Source: Planctomycetota bacterium (GTDB taxonomy: Bacteria; Planctomycetota; SZUA-567; H5-PLA8). From it: a stretch of 64,000 bases of DNA. The notes below the pieces were generated by a model, which ran no database searches, was not told the origin of the DNA, and saw nothing but the letters and a program-made list of their open reading frames with translations. Below are positions 8,565-17,601 of this stretch, in pieces. Position 1 is the stretch's first letter. Each line of letters starts with the position of its first letter. The position numbers and the translations under genes were made by a program. The stretch spans positions 1-64,000 of the forward strand of contig JBBRPR010000006.1 in the NCBI GenBank assembly GCA_038227875.1, in the 5' to 3' direction.

Positions 8565-9770
8565 GTGGGCATCAAACTGGCTGTACTGGGTGTCGGCGAA
8601 TTCGCGCAGTGTTTCATACCGCTCTTCAAAGCGCATCCGCTGGTCGATGAGCTGGTCTTCTGCGACAGCGATGCCACGAAGCTCCAGCGCAACGCGCAAA
8701 AGCACGGTGTGACGCGTGGCTATACCTCGTTCGATGAACTCTGCGCGTCGGACGTCGATGCCGTGGCGATCATCACGCAACATTGGCTCCACGCGCCGCA
8801 GGCGTTGCAGGCGCTGAAAGCCGGCAAGCACGTGTACTCCGCGGTTCCCGCGGCGGTGAAACTGGAGGAGATGGAACAGCTCGTCGAGACCGTTTCCAAG
8901 CGGCGCTTGATCTACATGATGGGCGAAACGAGCTACTACTATCCCGAAGCGATCTACTGCCGCGAACGCTACCGGCGCGGCGATTTTGGCCATGTCGTTT
9001 ACGGCGAGGCCGAATACTACCACGACTGGTCGCACGGCCTTTACGACGTGATGCGCTGGCGCCGCGGCCCGAACTGGCGCAGCCAGGCCGGCGATCCGCC
9101 GATGCACTACCCGACGCATTCGGTGGGCATGCTCGTCTCCGTCACCGGCGCCCACGCGACTCATGTATCGTTTGTCGATTCCAAGCCGGAAGACCGCGAC
9201 ATTTACTCGCCAGAAAATCCGTGGCACAACCGTTTCAGCAACGAAACGGCGCTGCTGAAAATGTCCGACGGCAGCAGCTTTCGCATCAACGAATTCCGCC
9301 GCATCGGCCACCCCGGCACGGTGCGCATGACCTTGTTCGGGACAGCGGCGAGTTTCGAATCCAACTCCGCTGGCTCGGCCTGGGTGACGCTGGACCACAA
9401 AGCCACCGAGCGCCTCGAAGATCTACTCCGCTGCGGAGAAGTCTCCGCCGCTGACGTCGACGGCAGCAAGATGAAAACCGTGACCGCCGGAGACGGGACA
9501 CACAAGGACGTCTCGCGCGTCCATCCCGTCGCGCGGCTGCCGAAGGAATTTCGCGGCCTGCCCAACGGTCACAGCGGCTCGCACCAATTTCTCGTCGACG
9601 ATTTTGTCCGCGCCTGCGTGCAGCACGCACTGCCGCCAAACAACGTCTGGCAGGCGGCGCGGTACCTGCTGCCGGGCCTGACGGCTCACGAGTCGGCGCA
9701 GCGCGGCGGCGAATTGTTGCGCGTCCCGGATTTTGGTGCGGAGCCGGCCGACTGGCCGCGGCTCTCTTGA
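8565..9770 (+). CDS. Gfo/Idh/MocA-family oxidoreductase
   Basis: GxGxFA Rossmann motif, AGKHVYSAVP, YPTHS; GGAGG before GTG 8565. Confidence 0.88.
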   Translation: MGIKLAVLGVGEFAQCFIPLFKAHPLVDELVFCDSDATKLQRNAQKHGVTRGYTSFDELCASDVDAVAIITQHWLHAPQALQALKAGKHVYSAVPAAVKLEEMEQLVETVSKRRLIYMMGETSYYYPEAIYCRERYRRGDFGHVVYGEAEYYHDWSHGLYDVMRWRRGPNWRSQAGDPPMHYPTHSVGMLVSVTGAHATHVSFVDSKPEDRDIYSPENPWHNRFSNETALLKMSDGSSFRINEFRRIGHPGTVRMTLFGTAASFESNSAGSAWVTLDHKATERLEDLLRCGEVSAADVDGSKMKTVTAGDGTHKDVSRVHPVARLPKEFRGLPNGHSGSHQFLVDDFVRACVQHALPPNNVWQAARYLLPGLTAHESAQRGGELLRVPDFGAEPADWPRLS

Positions 9771-9803
9771 TTTTTCCATTCACCCCCAAGGAGTAAAACA
9801 CAC

Positions 9804-11021
9804 ATGGCCTCTCCCGTTCGTCTGGCAGTCGTCGGTGGTCGTCGCGGCGGATCGTTCGAAGCGGCATTGAAGGCGTTCAAGGACAAAGTTCAGCTCGTGG
9901 CGTTGTGCGATCTCGACGAGAAGGTGCTCGCCAGCGCCCGCGAACGGCACCCGGAACTCAAGACCACCACGTCCTACGACAAGCTGCTCGACGATCCGCA
10001 GATCGACGCGGTGCTGCTGGCGACGCCGATGCATCTCCACGCCCCGCAGTCGATCCAGGCGCTGAAAGCCGGCAAGCACGTGCTGAGCGAAGTGATCGCC
10101 GCCATCTCGCTGGACGAATGCTGGGAACTGGTCGAGACCGTCGAGAAAACCAAGCGGGCGTACATGCTCTCCGAAAATTACTGCTACACGCGCCAGGCGA
10201 TGATGATCAAGAATATGTGCGAGCAGAATCTCTTCGGCGAACTGACCACCGCGGAAGGTTCCTACCTGCACGACTGCCGGCACCTCCTCTATTACCCCGA
10301 TCATTCGAGAACCTGGCGCGGCACGATTGTCTGCGGCCAGATCGGGCGCTCCAACGGTTACCCCACGCATTCGCTGGGTCCGATCGCGCAGTGGCTGGGC
10401 ATCACGCGCGGCGATGAATTCCTGCGCACGACCACGTTCGTCACGCGCGAAGCGGCGCGCAGCGAATACGCGGCGGCGCTGCTGGGCAAGGATCATCCCG
10501 ATGCGCAGCCGTCAGCCTGGAAAGGCGCGGCCGACAGCGCCTCAACGCTGATCGAAACGAAGAATGGCCGCGTGATCTACATCCGCGTCGACAGCGGCAG
10601 TCCGCGTCCGCACGACATGGCGCGCCACACGCTCAACGGATCGCGTGGCTGCTTCATCACCGGCCGGCACTCGCGCGAAGATCCACTGGTGTGGATCGAG
10701 CAGCTGAGCCAGGGCTCCGGGCTGCCACACGCCAAGGAAGATCCGAAATGGCAGTCGCTGTGGGAACTGGCGGACCGTTACGAGCACCCGCGCTGGAAGA
10801 AGCACCGCGAAGCCGCCGAGAAAGCCGGCCACGGCGGAGGCGACTTTTTCGTGCTCGAAGACTTCTCCGATGCCATCGTTAACAAACGGCTGCCGGCGAT
10901 CGATGTCTACGACGCCGTCACGTGGAGCTCCATTGCGCCGCTGTCAGCGGAGAGCGTCCATAAGAATGGGGCGACGCTGGACGTGCCGGACTTCCGCCGC
11001 GGAAAGGCGCGCGGAGAGTAG
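9804..11021 (+). CDS. Gfo/Idh/MocA-family oxidoreductase (GH109-like)
   Basis: AGKHVLSEV, ENYCY, YPTHSLGP, GHGGGD; AAGGAG RBS. Confidence 0.88.
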   Translation: MASPVRLAVVGGRRGGSFEAALKAFKDKVQLVALCDLDEKVLASARERHPELKTTTSYDKLLDDPQIDAVLLATPMHLHAPQSIQALKAGKHVLSEVIAAISLDECWELVETVEKTKRAYMLSENYCYTRQAMMIKNMCEQNLFGELTTAEGSYLHDCRHLLYYPDHSRTWRGTIVCGQIGRSNGYPTHSLGPIAQWLGITRGDEFLRTTTFVTREAARSEYAAALLGKDHPDAQPSAWKGAADSASTLIETKNGRVIYIRVDSGSPRPHDMARHTLNGSRGCFITGRHSREDPLVWIEQLSQGSGLPHAKEDPKWQSLWELADRYEHPRWKKHREAAEKAGHGGGDFFVLEDFSDAIVNKRLPAIDVYDAVTWSSIAPLSAESVHKNGATLDVPDFRRGKARGE

Positions 11022-11059
11022 ACACGTACCGCCGGTTTTCAGCCGGACTGAAATCTCAC

Positions 11060-11091
11060 CTGACCCTCCGGCAAATTTGCCGGAGGGTCAG
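11060..11091. repeat. Perfect 32-bp palindrome
   Basis: ctgaccctccggcaaa|tttgccggagggtcag. Confidence 0.85.
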
Positions 11092-11278
11092 CGGGCAGTA
11101 AAGCTGCTGCTATTTGCACGCTCTGCGCAATACCCTAACATCCCTTCCCGACCTCAAATTATTAAACTCTGATGAACTCCTTGCCGATATAAAGCGGACG
11201 GCGTAATGCTTTAAAGCGCAAGAGGTTCCCGTGAGACGAAATAAAGCAAGTATTTCTCACAATCTGGCGTCTTCAGGC

Positions 11279-11307
11279 TTGCCTCGATACGGTCTTCGTC
11301 CCATAAT
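11279..11307 (+). promoter_or_regulatory. Putative sigma70 promoter of the P1B ATPase
   Basis: TTGCCT-17 bp-CATAAT. Confidence 0.4.
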
Positions 11308-11400
11308 GCGCGCTCTTTTCCGCACGGATGGCCCGTAGCGGGGTCATAATTTCGGTAGCTGTTCAGTAAATATTAAGCTACGGAGTGCAAGCCGAACCCA

Positions 11401-13836
11401 ATGAGCTTGAACGGCACGGTAACGAAACTGATCGGTCGTCGCGAAGGCGAAGACCGCACAACCGTGCTTGTGATCGGCGGAATGCAAAGTGCCGCGTGCG
11501 TCAACCGCGTGGAAAAAGCGCTCTGCGACCGGCCCGACGTGGACAGCGCCGGCGTCAATTTGCTCACGCGACTGGCTACCGTGCGCCACGCCGCTACGGT
11601 CACGCCGCAGGATCTGCTCGAGACCGTGGCCGCCGCTGGTTACCAGGCGTCGCAGGCCAATCCCACTCCCGGCGTGCGCGATGGCGTGACGTTCGGCGAA
11701 ACCATCGACGTAATCGCCAGCCGCAAGACCCGCTTCGTAGCCGGCGCGATTTTAACGCTGCTGATCCTGCTCGTTGATCAGGGCTGGTCGAGCACCAGCT
11801 TGTACAAAGTGGCGCTGCTGTTCCTGCTCGCGACGCCGGTCCAGATCATCGTCGGCTGGGATTACTACCGCGGCTTCTTCCAGGCGCTACGCAACTGGTC
11901 GTTCACCATGGATTCGCTGGTGGTGCTGGGATCCAGCGCCGCGTACATGCAGGGCTTCCTCTGCTTCTTCGCTGAAGTCAGCGCCGATCATGAATTCATG
12001 ACCAACCCGCAATTCGGCACGGCGGCGATGATTCTCACCGTCGTCAGTCTCGGCAAGTGGCTTGAAGTGCGCGCGCGCGAATCGACCAGCCAGCTGTGGG
12101 GCAACTTGAATGACCTCTCGCCGCGCGAAGCGTGCGTCTTCCGCGACGGCCGCGAGCAGATTATTCCCGCGGGCGTAGTGGCGGTTGGCGACATCGTGAT
12201 CGTGCGCCCCGGAGAGAAGATTCCCGTCGACGGCGAAGTGCTCGACGGCCAGTCCGAAGTGAACGAAATGCTGCTGACCGGCGAAAGCCGCCCGGTGCCG
12301 AAGGTCAAGGGCGACCGCGTGGTGGTGGCGAGCGTCAACGGTTCGGGTTTCATGCGCGTGAGGGCCGTGGGCGTCGGCACGAACTCGACGCTGGCCCACA
12401 TCACCCGCATGGTCAATGACGCGCAGCAGCGTAAAGCGCGCATCGAACAGATGGCCGACCGCATTTCCGGAATTCTCGTGCCGGTGACCGTGGTGATCGC
12501 GATGACCGCGTTTGTCGGCTGGTACTTTGGGCCGCTGGCGGTGCGTCATTTAAGCAACCGCGGCCTGCTGCCGCACTGGTTTCAGGAATATCGCTTCGGC
12601 GGCTGGCTGAGTTTCCTCTTCCACGAATCGTCGCTCTCGCTGGCGTTGCGCCCAACCATCGCGGTGCTGGTGGTCGCCTGTCCGTGCGCGCTGGGGCTGG
12701 CAACGCCGACAGCCGTGATCGTCGCAACGGGTCTGGGTGCGCGGCGCGGACTCCTCTATAAAGGTGGCGAAGCGATCGAATCGGCCGCGCGCATCACCGA
12801 CGTGGTCTTCGACAAGACCGGCACGCTGACCGATGGCTCGTTTACCGCACAGGAAGTGTTGATGGCCTCCGACATCGACCGCGAGGAACTTCTCACTGTC
12901 GCCGGATCGCTGGAAGCCTGCTCCGCACACGCGCTGGCCAAAGGCGTGGTGAAGGAAGCGAAGAAGAGCACGCTGCAACTGCGCAAGGTCGAGAATTTCG
13001 AAGCGCTACCCGGCCGCGGCCTGAAAGGGACGCTGGGCGGCAAGAGCTACCTGCTGGGCTCGCGCACGCTGATTTCCGAACGCGGGATGAAGTTCGCCGG
13101 CGCTTTCGCCAAGCGCGTCGACACGCTGGAAGGTGAAGGCGCGACGCTGATTTTCCTGGCCGAAGAAAGCGGCCGGCTATTGGGCGCCATCGCGCTGGCC
13201 GACCGCATCAAGCCCAGTTCCGCGCAAGCGATCGCGGAGCTCAAAGCGCAGGGCATCACCGCGCATCTGCTCTCTGGCGACAATCCGGCTGCTGCACTAT
13301 CGGTCGGAAAGCTCTGCGGTTTGAAAGACGAGCAGATTCATTCCCTGATGCGCCCGCAGGACAAGGTTGAATTCGCTCAGCAGCTGAAGAGCCAGGGCCG
13401 CTGCATCGCGATCGTCGGCGACGGCATTAACGACGCGCCCTCGCTGGCCGCCGCCGATGTCGGCATCGCGCTGGGGATGGGGACGGACATTTCGATCGAG
13501 AGCGGACAGATCGTGCTGGTCTCGCCGGACGTACGCGGCGTGGGCCGCTCGATCAAGCTGGCGCGACAGGCTTCGCGCACGATCCGCTGGAATCTGATCT
13601 GGGTCTTCGCCTTCAATCTGATCATGATCCCGATGGCGTTCTTCAACCGCCTGGAGCCGACTCTGGGCGCGAGCTTCATGGCGTTCAGCAGTGTACTGGT
13701 GGTCTTGAATTCGCTGCGACTCATCTATAAGTGCAAAGATTCGAACGGCACGCCCCCGTCTTCTCCGCTACGCAAAGCCAGCGAGAGCAGCACCGAAAGC
13801 GGATTGGTGCCGACGCCGTTGCCGGTGAAAAGTTAG
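11401..13836 (+). CDS. P1B-type heavy-metal (CopA-like) ATPase
   Basis: HMA-like N-terminal domain, [35 protein letters not shown]. Confidence 0.93.
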   Translation: MSLNGTVTKLIGRREGEDRTTVLVIGGMQSAACVNRVEKALCDRPDVDSAGVNLLTRLATVRHAATVTPQDLLETVAAAGYQASQANPTPGVRDGVTFGETIDVIASRKTRFVAGAILTLLILLVDQGWSSTSLYKVALLFLLATPVQIIVGWDYYRGFFQALRNWSFTMDSLVVLGSSAAYMQGFLCFFAEVSADHEFMTNPQFGTAAMILTVVSLGKWLEVRARESTSQLWGNLNDLSPREACVFRDGREQIIPAGVVAVGDIVIVRPGEKIPVDGEVLDGQSEVNEMLLTGESRPVPKVKGDRVVVASVNGSGFMRVRAVGVGTNSTLAHITRMVNDAQQRKARIEQMADRISGILVPVTVVIAMTAFVGWYFGPLAVRHLSNRGLLPHWFQEYRFGGWLSFLFHESSLSLALRPTIAVLVVACPCALGLATPTAVIVATGLGARRGLLYKGGEAIESAARITDVVFDKTGTLTDGSFTAQEVLMASDIDREELLTVAGSLEACSAHALAKGVVKEAKKSTLQLRKVENFEALPGRGLKGTLGGKSYLLGSRTLISERGMKFAGAFAKRVDTLEGEGATLIFLAEESGRLLGAIALADRIKPSSAQAIAELKAQGITAHLLSGDNPAAALSVGKLCGLKDEQIHSLMRPQDKVEFAQQLKSQGRCIAIVGDGINDAPSLAAADVGIALGMGTDISIESGQIVLVSPDVRGVGRSIKLARQASRTIRWNLIWVFAFNLIMIPMAFFNRLEPTLGASFMAFSSVLVVLNSLRLIYKCKDSNGTPPSSPLRKASESSTESGLVPTPLPVKS

Positions 13837-13943
13837 GTAACGAAAACTCGCCCGAGCCTTTTGGCTCGGTATCGCAAGTAACTCCGACCAAATCCTTTGC
13901 CGTTCTTTGCGTCTTAGCGGCTTTGCGTGCGATAAGGACAGCG

Positions 13944-14936
13944 TCACTTCTTGGTCAGAAAATATTCCACCGTCCGCTTCAGCCCTTCCTCGTTGCTCAC
14001 CGGCGGTTTGTATTTGAAATCGCGCTTGGCCTTCTCGATGTTGTAATAATGCGAGCACGCCAGCGCGCGCGCGAGGAAGCGGGTCATCGGGGGCTCCTCG
14101 TATTTATTCAGCAGCGAATACACCTTTTCGAAACAGGCGCCGAGCCCATACGCGATCTTCACGTGGACGCCTTTCTTCACCGGCGGGATCGACATGCGCT
14201 CCAGAAAATCGTTGATCCAGTCCCACAGCACCACCGGATTGTCATCGGAAATAAAGTACGCCTGCCCGGCCACGCGGCTTTGCGTCATCGCGTCGCAGGC
14301 GAAGAGATGCGCCATCGCGGCGTTTTCGATGTAGGTGAGATCGACCTTGTTCTTGCCCGTGCCGACGCGGCGCAGTTTGCGGCGCCGAGCGCGGTCGATC
14401 AGGCGCGGGAGCAGATGGTTGTCGCGCGGACCCCAGAGCAGATGCGGGCGGATCGCGCAGGCCAGCAGGCCGTCGCGGCCGCTGCTTTGCAGCACGGCCT
14501 GTTCGGCGACGGCCTTGGTCTGCGAATACGGATTGAACCATTCGGTGGGATACGGCGCGCGCTCGTCGATGCCGTTTTCGTCGACCATGTTGAAGACCAC
14601 GCTGGGCGAGCTGGTGAAAATCAGCTTCGCCACGCCGCGGCGCTTGCAGGCGGCGATCACGTTCTGCGTGCCGAGAATATTGATGCTGCCGAACGCGTTG
14701 ATGTCGCCCCAGATTCCTGGCAGCGCGGCGGTGTGAAAAACCGTGTCCATGCCCATGCAGGCTTTAAGCACGTCGTCAAGATTGCGGATGTCGCCTTGGA
14801 TCTGTTCGGCCCCCAGCGCGCGCACGACGGGGTAATCGTTGCGCGCGATGATGCGCACGGAATTGCCGCGGCCGAGCAGCATCTCGACGATGGCCCGCCC
14901 TAAAAATCCGCCGCCGCCGGTGACCAGTGCTTTCAT
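13944..14936 (-). CDS. oleD: 2-alkyl-3-oxoalkanoate reductase-like (3-beta-HSD/extended SDR family)
   Basis: TGGGGFLG, TSSPSVVF, YSQTK, RPHLLWGPRD; start overlaps the oleC stop (ATGA). Confidence 0.8.
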   Translation of the reverse strand: MKALVTGGGGFLGRAIVEMLLGRGNSVRIIARNDYPVVRALGAEQIQGDIRNLDDVLKACMGMDTVFHTAALPGIWGDINAFGSINILGTQNVIAACKRRGVAKLIFTSSPSVVFNMVDENGIDERAPYPTEWFNPYSQTKAVAEQAVLQSSGRDGLLACAIRPHLLWGPRDNHLLPRLIDRARRRKLRRVGTGKNKVDLTYIENAAMAHLFACDAMTQSRVAGQAYFISDDNPVVLWDWINDFLERMSIPPVKKGVHVKIAYGLGACFEKVYSLLNKYEEPPMTRFLARALACSHYYNIEKAKRDFKYKPPVSNEEGLKRTVEYFLTKK

Positions 14937-16735
14937 GAGGGATTCGATGCGGAAGAGGAATAGTTGGGGTTGATCCAATGGAGCGAACGTTGCGCGCCGG
15001 CCCAGCGGCTCAGGGCTTCGCGGTCGATCTTGGCGTTGTGCCTGACGTCGACGGGGAACGGCTTGGCGTACCAGAAAATTCCGGCGATGTCCGCCGCGCG
15101 CCGCTCGGTGGCGCTCCAGGCGTCAAGCTCCCAGGAAAGGGCGGCGCAGTCGCTCGTCGTTTTTTCATGAGGCACTTCGACCACGATCACTCCTTCCTGC
15201 GCGCCGGCGCTGCCCAAGCCGGCGAGCGCGGCACGGATTGAGCCTGAATTGGGGCTCTTGTTCATACGCGTTGTTAAAAAATTCTCAAACACCGCTTCGA
15301 TGCAGACGCTGTAGAGCGCCTTGCCGCTGCGCAGAATCACGCGGTGCGCTTTGCGGCCGCAGAACCAGAGCCGGCCGGCGTCATCGAAGTAGCCCATGTC
15401 GCCCATGCGATGCCAGCACGAATAGGACTGAGGGCTGGCGCTGGGAATCGGTTCGTAGATTTTGGCGGCGGCGGTTTGGGCGGGCATGTTGAAGTACTCT
15501 TTGGTGACGACAGGGCCTTTGACCACGATTTCGCCGATGCTCCGCGGCGGGAGGACGAGAGCATCATCCCAGACTTGCTGCGCGGCGGCGGTTTGAGAAC
15601 TGCCGATGATTTTAACGGTGATGCCGGGAATTGGGCGGCCGACGCAGTAGCCGTGGCCTTGTTGCGTCAGCGCCCAGGTTTCCTGCAGGACTTCCGAGCC
15701 GCGAATGCTGGCGACGGGCAGCGCCTCGGTCGCGCCGTAGGGAATGAACGTGTCGCCGTGGGGCAGAATTTTGGCAAACGGCGCGAGCACATCGGCACGG
15801 ACGGGAGCTCCGGCGAGCAGAATACGCTTCACGTTGGGAAATGTGATGCCGCGTTCGGCGCAGTACGGGCCGACGCGTTTCCAGATTGACGGCGAGCCGA
15901 ACGTGTAGGTGATGTTGTGGTCGAGAATCCCGCGCACAATCTTTTCCGGATCGCACTGCGCGGGATGCGACGGGTCCATTTCGGGGATCACGCAGGTCGT
16001 GCCCAGCGCGGCGGCGAACAATCCGAAAAGCGGAAACGCCGGCAGATCGCGTTCGCCGGGTGCGATGCCGTAGAAGTCGCGAATCAGGTCCACCTGCGCT
16101 CCGAACATGCCGTGCTCGTAGAGCACGCCTTTGGGAATGCCCGTGCCGCCGCTGGTGAAGAGGATCGCGGCCGGGGAACACGGTGTTGTTGGCGCAATGG
16201 GGAAGGTTTTGTCGGAACCGAGCATTCTTACGTGGTCGAGTGTCAGACCGCCCCAGCACCAGCGGCGCCCGACGGTGATGTTCAACGCGACGCTGTCGAA
16301 GGCATCGTTGCCGGGGAGAATCCGCAGCGCGTGCGCGAGCGAAATGGCGATCATGTTCCGCGGGCTGCATTGGCGCACGCAGTTCATCACGTTCTTCACG
16401 CCCATTCCCGGATCGATCAACACCGGTACCGCGCCGACTTTGAAGAGCGCAAAGGTCAGCGCGATGAAGTCGAGCCCCGGCTTGACCATCAGCAATGTCC
16501 GGCTGCCGGCGGTAACGCCCACATCGCGCAGGCCCCAGGCGAGGCGGTCGCTTTCCTGATTCAGCTCACGAAATGTCAGCGCCGTGCGGCCGAGCGCGTC
16601 GGCGCGCTGCGGGCAGACGATCGCCGGTCGCTCCGGCGCCTGCGCCGCCATTAAAGGGAGGAATTGAGCGATGTTAAATAAAACGGGGGCAGCGTCCTGA
16701 GTCGGACGCGCATCCGGCAGAGTCGGAGTTCGCAT
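14933..16735 (-). CDS. oleC: Olefin beta-lactone synthetase-like AMP-dependent ligase
   Basis: ALTFALFKVGAVPVLIDPGMG, FTSGGTGIPKGV, PYGATEALP, WHRMGD, FPVDVRHNAKIDR; exact start uncertain. Confidence 0.82.
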   Translation of the reverse strand: MRTPTLPDARPTQDAAPVLFNIAQFLPLMAAQAPERPAIVCPQRADALGRTALTFRELNQESDRLAWGLRDVGVTAGSRTLLMVKPGLDFIALTFALFKVGAVPVLIDPGMGVKNVMNCVRQCSPRNMIAISLAHALRILPGNDAFDSVALNITVGRRWCWGGLTLDHVRMLGSDKTFPIAPTTPCSPAAILFTSGGTGIPKGVLYEHGMFGAQVDLIRDFYGIAPGERDLPAFPLFGLFAAALGTTCVIPEMDPSHPAQCDPEKIVRGILDHNITYTFGSPSIWKRVGPYCAERGITFPNVKRILLAGAPVRADVLAPFAKILPHGDTFIPYGATEALPVASIRGSEVLQETWALTQQGHGYCVGRPIPGITVKIIGSSQTAAAQQVWDDALVLPPRSIGEIVVKGPVVTKEYFNMPAQTAAAKIYEPIPSASPQSYSCWHRMGDMGYFDDAGRLWFCGRKAHRVILRSGKALYSVCIEAVFENFLTTRMNKSPNSGSIRAALAGLGSAGAQEGVIVVEVPHEKTTSDCAALSWELDAWSATERRAADIAGIFWYAKPFPVDVRHNAKIDREALSRWAGAQRSLHWINPNYSSSASNPS

Positions 16736-16833
16736 GCGTCTGACGCTTTTAGTCGAATTTCGGACGTAGTTCAACCGACGTGCGGGGCGGCGTGGTGGAC
16801 CGCGGTTTGCGATTCAAGCGTAGGAGGGCCTGA

Positions 16834-17307
16834 ATGATGAAGATTGCATATATTCCGATACTGCTATTAAGCGTCGCCTGCTGCGCGGTGAATGCTGCGT
16901 CGACTAATCCAGAGGGCGAATTTCAGAATGCTGAACTGACGGGAAAAGTGGACACGACCGGACGCGGCGAATTTCTGGAAGCCAACAACACCCGCTACCA
17001 GATGATGTTCACCGATCCGCGCCAGAAACGCATGGCGCTGGAAATGGACGGCAAGACGGTTCGCGTCGAAGGCCAGATCGATCGCAACGCCAGCCAGAAA
17101 CTCTTCTGGGTGGATCGTTTCACGCGGATCGAGCCGATTGGCGAACACAACTACGCGCGTCCGATTCTCGATGAGGAGCGCGAAATCACCGCGTCCGACG
17201 ACCAGCCCGTGGGTGATTCACACTTCCGCGGCAAGGCCGTGCTCGACATGCCTTTCCAAGGCGCCGAAAACGAGACGATCTACCCGAAGCTACATTTGCG
17301 CTGGTAA
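16834..17307 (+). CDS. Secreted hypothetical protein (possible OB-fold)
   Basis: AGGAGG RBS, signal peptide, 'GKTVRVEG' strand pattern. Confidence 0.7.
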   Translation: MMKIAYIPILLLSVACCAVNAASTNPEGEFQNAELTGKVDTTGRGEFLEANNTRYQMMFTDPRQKRMALEMDGKTVRVEGQIDRNASQKLFWVDRFTRIEPIGEHNYARPILDEEREITASDDQPVGDSHFRGKAVLDMPFQGAENETIYPKLHLRW

Positions 17308-17327
17308 GAAAAAATTATCTCCCAAAT

Positions 17328-17356
17328 TTGAAACCTGTTTGTGGCTGAGGTATATT
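17328..17356 (+). promoter_or_regulatory. sigma70 promoter of the cysS operon leader
   Basis: TTGAAA (17328-17333)-17 bp-TATATT (17351-17356). Confidence 0.7.
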
Positions 17357-17364
17357 TCTCAGCC

Positions 17365-17430
17365 ATGAAGCATTTCATCGCCCACACTATTACCGTCCAA
17401 GCCTCCGCAACTTCGGGTTGTCGTTGTTGA
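17365..17430 (+). CDS. Putative Cys-containing leader peptide MKHFIAHTITVQASATSGCRC
   Basis: ATG 9 nt after the -10 box, ends TGT CGT TGT TGA, 171 nt upstream of cysS; below the ORF-track length cutoff. Confidence 0.6.
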   Translation: MKHFIAHTITVQASATSGCRC

Positions 17431-17601
17431 CGTTCTGCTACGGCAACTCTGCCGAAACCCGTTAAACTTCCGCAGCCCGTGAAGATCCTCTGACCTGCGT
17501 CGCGAATCGCCTTTACAGCCAGGCGTTTCGCGGAACAATAGCGGACTCACTTTTTTCACGGGCTGCCAGCGACTACAAAAAACAGAGCTTAGGAAGCGAT
17601 C

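Noticed and set aside
13905..13931. Independent mobile element (ctttgcgtcttagcggctttgcgtg 9-mer-like repeat)
   Set aside because: Only one short arm is present; at most a remnant of another short-repeat family.
17365..17601. T-box riboswitch upstream of cysS
   Set aside because: No AAGGTGGCACCGCG-like T-box sequence seen; a leader-peptide model fits better.
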